A DNA stretch of 64,000 nucleotides, from the IMG/VR virus record IMGVR_UViG_3300032069_000862; one strand, written 5' to 3'. The notes under the pieces are model-generated. The model was not told the DNA's origin. It made no database searches and was given only the letters and a program-made list of their open reading frames with translations. The translations under genes were made by a program, and so were the position numbers. This document shows positions 29,532-40,318 of the stretch, in pieces. The stretch's first letter is position 1. Each line of letters starts with the position of its first letter. This DNA is from an uncultured virus (IMG/VR IMGVR_UViG_3300032069_000862). Its lineage: Duplodnaviria > Heunggongvirae > Uroviricota > Caudoviricetes.

Positions 29532-32500
29532 TACTCATACCTCGACCATTCTGTTCTAAGTCTGAATATGTAGAATCTAGCCCATAAAGTTGTAGTGTCG
29601 GCGTGGTTAGCAGTTATTTTAGCATATAGTGGTTTTACTGTAACCATTTCTGGTTTAATAACGACGTAACTAACTGGGTCTGATTCTCCTTCGTTCTCTA
29701 TATCGTAAACGTTCCAATAAAAGGCTTGTGACGTTTTATCGTAATACATTTCAAAACGATATTTTCTATTTGAGATTATTGTTCTGATTGGACTATCTAT
29801 CCACGTTCCTTCTTTCTTATACCTAGCATAAACCGTGAATGCACTTGCCCCTTTAACTATTTTATAAAGAAATCCAACATCAGTTTGACTGTCATATAGA
29901 CCAAAAACTACATAATCACCTTCTTTCCAATATCTTGTATCTCCACTTTCTACTTGATAACAATATCCTTCACAAATAAGTTTTGGTTCTCGTGTCAATG
30001 GAATATTAAATTCTATGCTAAGGTCTCCAGCCGTTGTTGTAAGTTTATCATATCTCATTTCTATTTCTATAGATTGAACTCCTGTTCCAGTATTAGGACC
30101 ATAAAGCCCTAATTTATCTCCTGATATTTCTATTGTTCTGCCATCTGTTGGTGGACTTTCGCTATCGGGGTCTGGATTTTTATACCACTGTGGGTCAGTT
30201 CTTTTTTCTCCTATCTCAACATCTTCATGGCTTGCTGATTGTTCCCAACTGTCACTAACTTTCGTCACATCAACTTCAGATTTATCAGTTCCTTCTCCAC
30301 TCCAATCCTCTGCAACTGTTCCAACTATTCCTAATTCTTTAAGTCGTCTATAAATATCTGCCCATTCGTCTTCTTGAGTTTCCCAAGCCTTGCCTATAAC
30401 TAATGTTATTTGTTCACCGTTTTCATCTATGTCCTTCGTAATATTATAGATTGTTTTTGCTCCACTTAATCCAGTCAATGAATCAGTAATAGTAACGTCA
30501 TCACCCACATCATAAGCCATAGAGTTATATGTATCATTATTCACAATTATTGTTGCTTGGTCTTCAATGCTGGCACTTTCTTTCAGTTTAATTAATGCCA
30601 TCAAATCCGTCAAATCTTTATTCGCTTGAACTTTCTGAGTTTCCACGTCTTCATAGAATCCTCTAATTGTATCCATTGCCGTAGTATCTTCTTTCCAATC
30701 CGATGAAACTTTCTCTTGGCGTTGTCCTTCTCCTCTGCCTATAATTTTGACTCTTTGAACTGTTGATTCAACACTTTTAGTTCTGGTCACTCCGCCAAGA
30801 TTAGTTCCTTTAATGAATGAAATAGTTGCTGATTTATCGCTTCCTCTACGATTATTAAAATGAAATGTATTATTAGCATCATATGCTATCCACCATTTAT
30901 ATGGTTCATATGAAGCGTGACATTTAGATACGACTGAATTAATACTGTCAATCAATCTTTCCATTGCAATATTTAATGGACCTATTGGGGTTGAATAAGA
31001 ACTGTCAAATGATAATGCCTTTATATATGGACCACCTAAATATGGTGGTGGCGATGCTGGTTCGGTCAACCCATCCAGATAAACCCTATACTTTAATGCT
31101 GGAGCATAATAAACATAAATTTGTGAGATAGCCCATCCGTGAGTGGCATTTGCCGAAGTAATTTTAATCTTGAGATTATTTAATGTTTGTGGTTGCCAAC
31201 TATGAATACAGTCTCTAAAAGTATTATTTGTAACTGTTGCCAACTGAAGTTCCTGATGTCCTATACTGTCTATTTCACCATTAGAATGCGTTGCAAGTTT
31301 GCTGAACCATCTTACAAGGTCTAATCTGAAAATTCCTGCAGCTTGATTTGAACAGTCCGCTTCAACGTCGAAACAATCGGGCGTTCCATTTCCAGTTGTA
31401 TTAACGGCAGTTTTAGAAATTCGCAGATATGAAACTCCGCCCTGAACTTCATAGCCCTTGACAAATCCGCTTGTATTATTATAAACTTCAAGTTTAAGTC
31501 TATGCCATTCATTCGCACTTAAATAGTCTGTTGTTGAAACTACTTCCCAGTATCCAGCAGAGTGTCCCCAGAGAACCCACCACCATTTATCTTGGTTTGC
31601 AGTGACATCTCTAACACGAACATCTAAAGCTCCATGAATGGCTGCACTTGCATTATTTATTCCATTCACGTCTTTGTCATAAATCTTCGCTAGATTAACC
31701 CATCCCCAATAAGCAGTCCCCTTAAACCCTACTACGGCATATGTTATTTTAATGCCACCTTTATCTATCTCTGTAGGTGAATGTGAACCACCGCCTGTAA
31801 TTGAGCTAATATCAATTTTCATTTTTACTGAATTCCAATCTGCCAGTGTAGTTAATGTGTCTCCAATACTAAATTCTGCAATTTGATATGATGTTGAATT
31901 ACATATAGCCGCACCTATACTTACCCATGCAGACTGGTGAGCAACCCACAATCTTACTCCAAAGTTTATTTGGGTTGCATGACCATCAACTCCATCATAT
32001 AATTTGGCATAAATTCGTATTCTACAGTATGGATGACCCCCACCTGAATTTCCGAGGTCTCGTAAAATTGCCTGATACTTCGCATCTAAATTTTCGAACG
32101 TCCAATAATCTTTATAATATCCTACATCCTCTGGATATGCTGTTGCATACACAAGGTTCTCATCGCCACCACCATAATCATTAAGATATGGAGCAGTTCC
32201 CGTTTTTTGCCATATTAAAGTATCTCCGTCTATTCCATCTTCAGTCCAAGAATCAACTTCCATGCCATTACCGTAAGGCACTCCGTTGTCAGGGTCATCC
32301 CTATCCACAGCTTCGCTTGGAACACTTGGAAGTTTAACATAGAAATCTGTATAACATTCATTTGTTGGGTCAACTTCTTCTTCAAGATAATAATCTTGGT
32401 CTGCCGTTGCCGTTATTTTAAATGAACGTAAACCTTCTATATAGTCAACCGTATCAAATGCTGCTGTTGCTGTTCCACCATATCTAGTGAAGGTTAGAGC

Positions 32501-34222
32501 ATCTTCAAATCCATCGCTGAAACGTAATGCATATTCAATATTTCCCCAAGTTAATGCTTGGTATCTATATCTCAATGTTCCATCATTAGTATCTGACCAA
32601 TGTTTCAAAAGATATACATCGTCCATGCTTGCATCGCTATAAACATAAATGTCAAAATTGCTCCCTGATTTTGTGAAACGAACATAATAATAAGTATTCA
32701 AGGAGACTGAAAGTGCTGTTCCATTTCCAGTTCCGCCAGAATCTTTGTTAATATAATTAAGAGTCAAAGTTCCATTATCATCTCCAACAAACAATGCAAT
32801 CAAGTAATGTCCAGCAGTGTTGTATTGGTCATAAAGTTTCTCTAAATTAGTTCCAAGACAGAATGGAATATAGGCTTCTGCGTGTGGTTGACTTGACGTT
32901 AATTTAAAGGCGAAGAGCCAATCAGCGTTGCTAACCCCGCCCACACCATAGTCATAATAATAGTATGCGGCTTCTGCATGGTAATTATCATGGTAAACAA
33001 TTGTTTTTTCCGCATTTAGAGAAATGTGAGCATTAGGGTCAACTTCAGTCCATCCAGTATCCCAAGTAATTAAATCTTCTAAAACAGAAACAATATCATA
33101 GTTTATTGGATAACTCTCGTCGTCGTTTCTACTTTCAAAGTAAACGCCACAAACATTTTCCATTTCTTCAAAATCAATTTCAAAATAATCATTAACTTCT
33201 TGTGTGCCAGAAGTTACATATGTTACAGCTATTGCACAATAATCAATTTTAGAATACAACGCCGTGGAACGATTTATAAACTTTATTTTAACTGCATTAA
33301 GGTCTGCTATTGTAGTGATGATATTGGATAGGTCATATTCTAAATATGTCCACCCAAGGTCTCTTCCAGTCTGATGGAATAAGAATTGCCAAGCATTGAG
33401 TGATTGAACCCAAACATAACAATCAAATTCGGCTTGAATCCATAGCCAGTATGTCCAGTTTGTCGCCCAATAAATCTGTAATCTTGGATTAGAAATACTT
33501 GTTACCTCTGCTGAGGGAAGTCCATGTTCCGCCCTATCTTGGGCAATGGTTTGTAGATTCCATTCACTAATTTGACCGTCCGTTCCTGAATAAATATAGT
33601 TATCATCGCCTTGAACAGTTAAATATGGTGACGAACCATGAGTTGACCATTCTTGAGTAACCGCCGAATTGGCTTCAAGAACTGCTTCATTAAATGGAGT
33701 TCCACTATTTCTCCACCCTAAACCCTTCTTCCTTAAAATTGTCCATTCGGGTGCTCCAGCCGATGTTCTATATGCCGATAAGTCTGTAATTCTTGAAATA
33801 TCTATTCCCCAACCAGCTTTATTGTTTGGATATGTTGAAACTGGGTCTGATTGAGGACATCTAAGCAGAAATTTTATAAGTTCAACGGCACTAACTTTTC
33901 CAAAAAATCCGCCTAAATCTTCATCCATTTCAGTGAATCCTTCGCCATATTTCTTCCATAGAATAACTGAAGCATCACGACCAGAAATATTCAAGTATCG
34001 GTCTTGGCTTCCCCAATCAATCTCAATGCCTTCCACATAACCTTTAAATTCGGTAGTTCCATCACGTTTGATTTCAACTAAGTCCCAAAAATTTATAGTT
34101 TCATCATATGCAACAGTAGCACTAAAAGTTGGCGGACTATCTATATCACGTTTTCGGTCAAAACTAATCGTTTTATATTTTTTTGAACTTCCACCAATTT
34201 CGATGGTCCAAGTTTTAGACAT
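29528..34222 (-). CDS. large tail hub/central fibre protein with inserted adhesin domains
   Basis: follows TMP; hub-like N-terminus (FKGYVE...ISGRD) and C-terminal part (VGDDVTITD); discoidin-like and lectin-like inserts. Confidence 0.7.
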   Translation of the reverse strand: MSKTWTIEIGGSSKKYKTISFDRKRDIDSPPTFSATVAYDETINFWDLVEIKRDGTTEFKGYVEGIEIDWGSQDRYLNISGRDASVILWKKYGEGFTEMDEDLGGFFGKVSAVELIKFLLRCPQSDPVSTYPNNKAGWGIDISRITDLSAYRTSAGAPEWTILRKKGLGWRNSGTPFNEAVLEANSAVTQEWSTHGSSPYLTVQGDDNYIYSGTDGQISEWNLQTIAQDRAEHGLPSAEVTSISNPRLQIYWATNWTYWLWIQAEFDCYVWVQSLNAWQFLFHQTGRDLGWTYLEYDLSNIITTIADLNAVKIKFINRSTALYSKIDYCAIAVTYVTSGTQEVNDYFEIDFEEMENVCGVYFESRNDDESYPINYDIVSVLEDLITWDTGWTEVDPNAHISLNAEKTIVYHDNYHAEAAYYYYDYGVGGVSNADWLFAFKLTSSQPHAEAYIPFCLGTNLEKLYDQYNTAGHYLIALFVGDDNGTLTLNYINKDSGGTGNGTALSVSLNTYYYVRFTKSGSNFDIYVYSDASMDDVYLLKHWSDTNDGTLRYRYQALTWGNIEYALRFSDGFEDALTFTRYGGTATAAFDTVDYIEGLRSFKITATADQDYYLEEEVDPTNECYTDFYVKLPSVPSEAVDRDDPDNGVPYGNGMEVDSWTEDGIDGDTLIWQKTGTAPYLNDYGGGDENLVYATAYPEDVGYYKDYWTFENLDAKYQAILRDLGNSGGGHPYCRIRIYAKLYDGVDGHATQINFGVRLWVAHQSAWVSIGAAICNSTSYQIAEFSIGDTLTTLADWNSVKMKIDISSITGGGSHSPTEIDKGGIKITYAVVGFKGTAYWGWVNLAKIYDKDVNGINNASAAIHGALDVRVRDVTANQDKWWWVLWGHSAGYWEVVSTTDYLSANEWHRLKLEVYNNTSGFVKGYEVQGGVSYLRISKTAVNTTGNGTPDCFDVEADCSNQAAGIFRLDLVRWFSKLATHSNGEIDSIGHQELQLATVTNNTFRDCIHSWQPQTLNNLKIKITSANATHGWAISQIYVYYAPALKYRVYLDGLTEPASPPPYLGGPYIKALSFDSSYSTPIGPLNIAMERLIDSINSVVSKCHASYEPYKWWIAYDANNTFHFNNRRGSDKSATISFIKGTNLGGVTRTKSVESTVQRVKIIGRGEGQRQEKVSSDWKEDTTAMDTIRGFYEDVETQKVQANKDLTDLMALIKLKESASIEDQATIIVNNDTYNSMAYDVGDDVTITDSLTGLSGAKTIYNITKDIDENGEQITLVIGKAWETQEDEWADIYRRLKELGIVGTVAEDWSGEGTDKSEVDVTKVSDSWEQSASHEDVEIGEKRTDPQWYKNPDPDSESPPTDGRTIEISGDKLGLYGPNTGTGVQSIEIEMRYDKLTTTAGDLSIEFNIPLTREPKLICEGYCYQVESGDTRYWKEGDYVVFGLYDSQTDVGFLYKIVKGASAFTVYARYKKEGTWIDSPIRTIISNRKYRFEMYYDKTSQAFYWNVYDIENEGESDPVSYVVIKPEMVTVKPLYAKITANHADTTTLWARFYIFRLRTEWSRYEY

Positions 34223-34228
34223 TTAAAT

Positions 34229-35134
34229 TTACCGTCTCCGTCGCATTCTTCTACGCCATGCTTCACTTAATTTTTCGTCTAAATCATCAATATCTGCTTT
34301 AGTATTAACCGTTTCAATTGTGACTGGCATCTCATAGAAGTTAGTTTCTCCCCCACCACGCCCTAAATCATTTCCTATTTGAGTAGGTCTATTAGTTGTC
34401 GGATTATAAATCACTTCATGCTTATGAACGAGTGCCAATCCAGTCTCTCCAACGCTTCTTGTTCCCATTGGAAATCCTTTTTTGGTAGCACTTGCATATG
34501 CCCCATAAAATGCACCGACTGCCCCTGCACCTGCTGCTACAGCATATATTACTCCAATATCACCAGCTACTGCTCTTAGAAATAGTATAGCAGCCGCCAA
34601 TGCCAATATGACACCTATTAATACGCTGATAACAGGTGGTAGAGTTTTACATATCTCATACATTAACATAAATGCTGCAAAAGCCGTAGTTATCGCTATT
34701 GCTAATGCTCCGAAAGCCGCTACATGAGTCCATATTACTGTTTGTTGTAATGCCAAAATAGCATTAATCGTCATAGCAGCACCACCAAAAATCATAAGAG
34801 CACTAACAGCTAAAAGAAGTATAGAGACAAATGTCCTTAATGCTTCACTTTGTCCCATAGTCTTAGCTAAACTATCTACGGCATTAACAAATGGTTTCAA
34901 TGCAGTTGTTGTTCTAGCCATTTCCATACCTGCTTGACCCAACATACCACCAAATGTCATCCACATCATTCCAGCCATCAACCCTTGAACAGCAGCTCTG
35001 TGCGTTGCCTGAGCTAGAATTGCTTCCTTTTTTGTTAAATTATCAAGATTTAACATTGTTGCTTGAAACGCTCTGTCTGTATAATTTACAGCTCTTAAAG
35101 CAATCCAAATAGTTCTTAAACCTAACGCAGGCAT
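34229..35134 (-). CDS. short tape measure protein
   Basis: Ala-rich, hydrophobic; TMP-type C-terminal GFPMGTRSVGETGLALVH.HEV; position after chaperones. Confidence 0.7.
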   Translation of the reverse strand: MPALGLRTIWIALRAVNYTDRAFQATMLNLDNLTKKEAILAQATHRAAVQGLMAGMMWMTFGGMLGQAGMEMARTTTALKPFVNAVDSLAKTMGQSEALRTFVSILLLAVSALMIFGGAAMTINAILALQQTVIWTHVAAFGALAIAITTAFAAFMLMYEICKTLPPVISVLIGVILALAAAILFLRAVAGDIGVIYAVAAGAGAVGAFYGAYASATKKGFPMGTRSVGETGLALVHKHEVIYNPTTNRPTQIGNDLGRGGGETNFYEMPVTIETVNTKADIDDLDEKLSEAWRRRMRRRR

Positions 35135-35589
35135 TAATCGCCACCTCTACTCATTAGTTCTTGAAGTGCTTTATCAACGAGTTCTTCTATTTCATCTTCA
35201 TGCAACATAATAGCTTCAACCAGAAATGGCACGCCGAAATACATTCCTCTTCCGCCTTTAAATGCGTGTCCATCATGAACAAAATTAACATAATTACTTG
35301 TTGGAATTCCAGTTTTTGGATTAATAATAGAAGGGTCGCCAGCACTGATAACAACGTCTATGATTGTATTTGGTTCACTAGCCGTCAGTGTTCCACCTTC
35401 ACCTTTCTGAATTGAACTTGCTAACGCACCAGTATCTTTTGGACAAAGGGCTATCGCATCTTCAACTATCTGGTCAACCAAGATTTCTAATTTTTCTCTG
35501 ACTTCTTCTACTAAGTCTTCACTAACTTCTTCAATTTTATCTCTAGTTTTTCGTTTTGTTCCACTATCGGATTCAAATACTACTGACAT
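35134..35589 (-). CDS. HK97 gp10-like tail completion protein
   Basis: CPKDTGALASSI, YVNFVHDG, PFL. Confidence 0.75.
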   Translation of the reverse strand: MSVVFESDSGTKRKTRDKIEEVSEDLVEEVREKLEILVDQIVEDAIALCPKDTGALASSIQKGEGGTLTASEPNTIIDVVISAGDPSIINPKTGIPTSNYVNFVHDGHAFKGGRGMYFGVPFLVEAIMLHEDEIEELVDKALQELMSRGGD

Positions 35590-35591
35590 TT

Positions 35592-35804
35592 TTATCGCCT
35601 TGGCGGTCTCTGAAAAGACCCGCCTTTCGGACTTGACGGCAGATTTGAATTCGCATTAATTCTTTCTCCCTCTTCATATAAATAAGCTAAAATCGTCATA
35701 TAATCTGCTGGATTTTTGATGCGTTCTTTCAATTCTGAAAGTGTGCAATGAAGGAAATTACATACGCACATTTTTTGAAACCCGTAATCAGACTTTAAAA
35801 ATTT
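35592..35804 (-). CDS. tail assembly chaperone frameshift extension (gpGT-like)
   Basis: -1 frame entered at slippery A AAT TTT (35798-35804). Confidence 0.65.
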   Translation of the reverse strand, partial: KFLKSDYGFQKMCVCNFLHCTLSELKERIKNPADYMTILAYLYEEGERINANSNLPSSPKGGSFQRPPRR

Positions 35805-36250
35805 TCCGCAGTTATCCCCAGTAGTTCCAGAATTCCAGCCAAATGTATCTGGAACAATTGCTGAAAGACTAAATTCGAACGTTCTTTCCATTCTTGAGCA
35901 GTGTGTTCTGGATTAACAATAAGTTTCGCCATCATTTCAAACTGAAGGTCTTTGTATTTAGTCCATATATCAGTTGGTATTTCTTCTAGTTTATTTTTAT
36001 ATTCAAGCAATTCTGTTGGAAGCATCTCTTCCCATTCTTGCTGTGTTGGTCTCCTAATCCAACAAAGAACTTTGCCAGTTGCAGGGTCAATTAATGGGTC
36101 ACTAATTTTATTGAAATCCATCAGATTTTTTTCGAGAACTACCGCATCAGTCGTCATTGACTTTTTGGCTTCTTCCTGTAGTTTGAACTTCTCTTCTATT
36201 TCTTTCTTAGTAAGGGGCTTATGTTTGCGGATAAACTCTTCTTTAGACAT
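35795..36250 (-). CDS. tail assembly chaperone (gpG-like)
   Basis: upstream of TMP, ends at a slippery heptamer. Confidence 0.7.
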   Translation of the reverse strand: MSKEEFIRKHKPLTKKEIEEKFKLQEEAKKSMTTDAVVLEKNLMDFNKISDPLIDPATGKVLCWIRRPTQQEWEEMLPTELLEYKNKLEEIPTDIWTKYKDLQFEMMAKLIVNPEHTAQEWKERSNLVFQQLFQIHLAGILELLGITAENF

Positions 36251-36314
36251 GAAATCACTCTGCCTATATCAGTATCACTTCTTATATAAAACTCTTATGC
36301 TTAACAAATTTTGT

Positions 36315-36656
36315 TTAACGGGTTTCATTATTTTCGTATCGTTTAATCCAGTTGCAGTTAGCACAAAGAAGTTGATAATCTTTAGAACCAAGTTTAATTT
36401 GTCTGAGGATAAATCTATACTGTTGTAATTGTCCATTTTTATTTCCGCATATTTTTCTTTTTTCTCTGAGTCCACCACCATGCACATGGTCAATTTGTAA
36501 ACATCTAATATCCGTGCAACCATTAGGAACTAAACAGTTAGGATTAGAACACTTATTCCCAAGAAGTTCGAAAATTTCCATTCTAATTTTATGATTATAA
36601 ATTTTATTGTAATTTTTATCCTTTTTAGAAACGCCCGTTTTATTATGTTCCAACAT
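36315..36656 (-). CDS. HNH endonuclease
   Basis: LGNKC...LQIDHVHGGG...YQLLCANCN. Confidence 0.8.
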   Translation of the reverse strand: MLEHNKTGVSKKDKNYNKIYNHKIRMEIFELLGNKCSNPNCLVPNGCTDIRCLQIDHVHGGGLREKRKICGNKNGQLQQYRFILRQIKLGSKDYQLLCANCNWIKRYENNETR

Positions 36657-36852
36657 GACCTTTACCTTCCTTAAAAGGAGAAAATCGAGTATTTAAATGT
36701 TTTGGTTTATATTTAAAATTAATGAAACTAAGGTCCATACTATGTGATATAAAGAGTTTGTTAGATATAAAGGTTGCGAAAAAACCATAAGATTTAAATA
36801 CTTGTTTGTGTTTACTATTTGTGTTTAATCAATTGATTAAGCAAGTGGTTGA

Positions 36853-37185
36853 ATGCTCACATCTAAAATGAAAAAATATCTTGAAAAATTACCTGAAAAG
36901 CCAAAGAAAACTATTAAACATTGCGTTTATATGAACCGCATTCAGAAACGCATTGAACGAGAATTGGATATGTTACTTTGGTTGGCGATTCACTATCCAG
37001 AAGTTTTCTTGGACGAAGAACGTGAATGGAAAGAAGAAAGCGGAAAAATAATGAGTCACAGACGATTGAAGAAACTTTTACTTGCCGTGAAAGCCCTGAA
37101 TCCGAAAATGGAAGTCGAACTTGTCCTAAAACAACTTGACTATAACGAAGAGGTTTTACCGCCAGAACTACGGAATAAATCCTAA
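36853..37185 (+). CDS. hypothetical protein
   Basis: ORF behind TATA and palindrome 36825. Confidence 0.6.
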   Translation: MLTSKMKKYLEKLPEKPKKTIKHCVYMNRIQKRIERELDMLLWLAIHYPEVFLDEEREWKEESGKIMSHRRLKKLLLAVKALNPKMEVELVLKQLDYNEEVLPPELRNKS

Positions 37186-37248
37186 TCTTTCTTCGTCTCC
37201 CGAGTAAACAACCAATTCAAGATTATCCATAAAAGAAACAGTCCCAAC

Positions 37249-37956
37249 TCAATGAGTATTATTTCCCTTATTCCCATTGTCATCTTCCCTCGGCTTAACA
37301 TAAAATGGGCATCCTTCTCTAACTCGCATCGGTCTATATGGGCAATATTTACATTCATCAATTTTTGGAGTTAATATTTCTGGCTTTTGTTTTTGAATAG
37401 CATCTAATATTGACAAGATTTGCCAAATGCAATTTTGAAGAAACATTTCCCGTTCTTCTTCCGTCATTGTTATTTCCCAAACTGTCACACTATAATTAAT
37501 GATGTTCATTACCATAAGATAACCCGTATTTACTTTCATCACCGACATAGCGATGGCTAATTGTTCCAACCAAGACTGAGGCAGGTCTTCTTTACGATAA
37601 ATCTTTTTGCGGGTTGTCTTTGTCTCGATGGGGTATTTGTCATATAATGCATCAACTGTCACATATAACTGGTCGGCAATCGTAAATACTTTTTCTTGTG
37701 CCTCAAAGTTCTTATGCAAAGCAATATGAGCGAGTGTTCCCAACAATAATATTCCAACGTCTTGACTCGAATATTTTGCTTCTATCTTTTTCGTAATTCT
37801 AAAATAGGCTTTGAGTGGACACGCAATGGCATCGCTTCGATGCAGCCCAGTTCTTCCAGTAACAGATTGACTATAATATTCTTTAAGCATAATTTCGCTG
37901 AACTGTTTTACCATATCGGCGTTGTGTTCAATCTTCATCTGAAACCACCTTTTCAA
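37249..37956 (-). CDS. Cas4-like PD-(D/E)xK exonuclease (solo, viral)
   Basis: CPLKAYF, GTLAH, VDAL..IETKT, C-terminal CKYCPY...CP Fe-S pattern. Confidence 0.8.
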   Translation of the reverse strand: MKRWFQMKIEHNADMVKQFSEIMLKEYYSQSVTGRTGLHRSDAIACPLKAYFRITKKIEAKYSSQDVGILLLGTLAHIALHKNFEAQEKVFTIADQLYVTVDALYDKYPIETKTTRKKIYRKEDLPQSWLEQLAIAMSVMKVNTGYLMVMNIINYSVTVWEITMTEEEREMFLQNCIWQILSILDAIQKQKPEILTPKIDECKYCPYRPMRVREGCPFYVKPREDDNGNKGNNTH

Positions 37957-38176
37957 GAAAGTCTATAAACTCTTCAGAAGTCATGCCTTTTAATATGTCT
38001 TTCTCGGTTGCTAATGCCCGTTTGACAGCCTTTAAACGTTCCACAGCTTCAGTATTCCTTACAAATGTATCAACTTGCCGTTTTTCCAGTTTCACACGAT
38101 ACAACGTTGCCAATGTTAAAACGGCGGTCATTAATAAATTTGAAACCAGAATTGCTATTTCGATTTCGAATCCCAT
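37928..38176 (-). CDS. small membrane-anchored protein
   Basis: N-terminal TM plus coiled coil. Confidence 0.5.
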   Translation of the reverse strand: MGFEIEIAILVSNLLMTAVLTLATLYRVKLEKRQVDTFVRNTEAVERLKAVKRALATEKDILKGMTSEEFIDFLEKVVSDED

Positions 38177-39858
38177 AGATTAAATCCACCCCATATTTTG
38201 GACCATGGGTCACTTTGGTCTTGTTCGCTTGCTTTCGTTTCTTTTTTGGTTTGAGTATCATCTTCTGTAAGTTCGTAAGTATGAGTATCAGTCAGTTTTT
38301 GCATTGCCCGCCAAAATGGTGAATGTCCAACAACTTCACCATAATAACTCATCGCATAAAGCAAACTATCAAAAGAATGGTCGTCTTGTTTACGGATAAC
38401 TCCATGCTCATCATAAGACAATTGCTTCAGACTTCTAATCAAATCCTCAAAAGCACATGGAATGACAATCATATGACGTTCAATATATCGTTTAATCGTA
38501 TAAACATATTGAGTTTTGTCCTTTCCGCCTTCAACATTGAATAATTTATGGACGGCGAAACCCAAATTTGACAAGGCATTATTGTAAGCCCATTCTCTTG
38601 GGTCTGGACGAATAATCTCGATTTGAAGGGTTTTTGCCAATTCAGAAGCGAAATGGATTTTTTCGGAGTCTGTTTGTCCAACAAGTTCCTGACTAAATAA
38701 AACAAAAACGAAATCTCGGAATCTGCCGACGGCTGAATAAGCACATGGGGATGCTTCGCCCCAATCTATTCCCATAATTCTTTCCTTTACAAATTGCATT
38801 AATGCTTGTCTAGTTGATGGGGGAATTATTCCTTCAGGCACACCGCACAATTGAAGGAATGATTGAACCATTGGACAATGTCCTTCTTTATATGGAAGAC
38901 ACGGTAAATCGTGGTCAGGACAATACGTGCACACACATGAATCAACATCATTTGGATTAAATACTAGACCTGATGAAATGCTTATTCCGCCAAGAGCCTC
39001 AACTAACCATTCATCATTCGATTTATCAAGTCTAAGAATTGAAACATTTCTATCTGGCATCCATGGGATATTTGACGACCAGTTTTTAGGATTCATGTCC
39101 ATGTAAATTTTGTATGGGTCTTTTTCACCAGATATGTGTTTCACTATTGCCCATCTATAACGTTTATAACCAAGTTTTTCAGCATTATTCCACGTTTGAA
39201 TGAAGTCGCCATGCACGAAATGGGCGGTGCTTGACTTAATTATGTGAATATCAGGACTCGTTGAAACTTCCCAAAGAGCGGCTCTAATAAATTTTGTTCC
39301 ACCTGCTTCTTCACCAGATGCTTCCTCATCAATAATAACATCATGAACGTGTGGTCCACGAATACTTGTGCCACTGCATGCATGAAAGGTTACGGAACTA
39401 TCGGCTAAACTTTTAACTTCTTTTTCAATTAGTTTTAATTTGTATTTCTTGAGTTCATCACTATTATTAATCCATCCAGTAATATATGAATGAATTTTAT
39501 CGCTCTGGTCACGAGACCCACCCATAGCCGCTATGTCATAATTTTCATGAGTAAAAATTCGCCATATCACATAAACAGCCAGAACAAAAGTTTTTCCAGC
39601 TCCCCTTCCTGCAATTATAATGGCTAATCTAACTCTTCCAGAAGCTAAATCTTCCAAAAATTCGATTTGGTCTGCTGAAAGTTGAATTGGTGCTCCAGAA
39701 GTTGGGTCTATTTGAAGAATTTCGTAGGCAAATCTTACTGGACCTGCCAATCGCCATTTTCTTCGCCATTCAGAATATTCTCTTGTTAATTGAGGGTTAC
39801 GCCTAAATTTTTCAAGCATTTTTAGTTCTTCATCGTAAACTGAACGTGCTTTAGGCAT
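38155..39858 (-). CDS. terL: terminase large subunit
   Basis: Walker A GRGAGKT, Walker B IIDEE, SST coupling motif, RNase H GIDWG and DDHSFDSLLYA. Confidence 0.9.
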   Translation of the reverse strand: MPKARSVYDEELKMLEKFRRNPQLTREYSEWRRKWRLAGPVRFAYEILQIDPTSGAPIQLSADQIEFLEDLASGRVRLAIIIAGRGAGKTFVLAVYVIWRIFTHENYDIAAMGGSRDQSDKIHSYITGWINNSDELKKYKLKLIEKEVKSLADSSVTFHACSGTSIRGPHVHDVIIDEEASGEEAGGTKFIRAALWEVSTSPDIHIIKSSTAHFVHGDFIQTWNNAEKLGYKRYRWAIVKHISGEKDPYKIYMDMNPKNWSSNIPWMPDRNVSILRLDKSNDEWLVEALGGISISSGLVFNPNDVDSCVCTYCPDHDLPCLPYKEGHCPMVQSFLQLCGVPEGIIPPSTRQALMQFVKERIMGIDWGEASPCAYSAVGRFRDFVFVLFSQELVGQTDSEKIHFASELAKTLQIEIIRPDPREWAYNNALSNLGFAVHKLFNVEGGKDKTQYVYTIKRYIERHMIVIPCAFEDLIRSLKQLSYDEHGVIRKQDDHSFDSLLYAMSYYGEVVGHSPFWRAMQKLTDTHTYELTEDDTQTKKETKASEQDQSDPWSKIWGGFNLWDSKSK

Positions 39859-39859
39859 T

Positions 39860-40318
39860 TTATGACCGCTTTCCTAGTTGTATTTCCCTCAGTTTAATTC
39901 GCAGATTGGCTTCTTCATTAATTAGTAATCTAATGGTGTGTCTCTTTTCCGTCATTAATTGTTTACGAGTTGCGAGAGCACCTATAACTCCTATCCATTT
40001 CTTGGCTTCCAATGAAGTTTTCGCATCCTTTAATCCTTTAACTGCATTTTCATTCTCGGTTTTGAGACTTTCAATTTCACTAGCAATCGCTTCAACTGTT
40101 AAAATTCGTTCCTTGATTTTAGCGTGAATTAAATCAATTAATTCGTGGATTCTAGTGGCTTCTGAAGGGGGCATTTCCGAAACAATTTCTTTAGCTATTT
40201 CCAATGGCAATTCTGCTTCAATATCTACTGGGGACTGACCTTCCGTTTCAAGCTGAATCAGCAAAAGAATTTTTTCTTGGTCTCCAACTTTCCAATTTAT
40301 TATTTTAGCTATTACCAT
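39860..40318 (-). CDS. helical protein upstream of terL (possible TerS)
   Basis: position only. Confidence 0.35.
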   Translation of the reverse strand: MVIAKIINWKVGDQEKILLLIQLETEGQSPVDIEAELPLEIAKEIVSEMPPSEATRIHELIDLIHAKIKERILTVEAIASEIESLKTENENAVKGLKDAKTSLEAKKWIGVIGALATRKQLMTEKRHTIRLLINEEANLRIKLREIQLGKRS

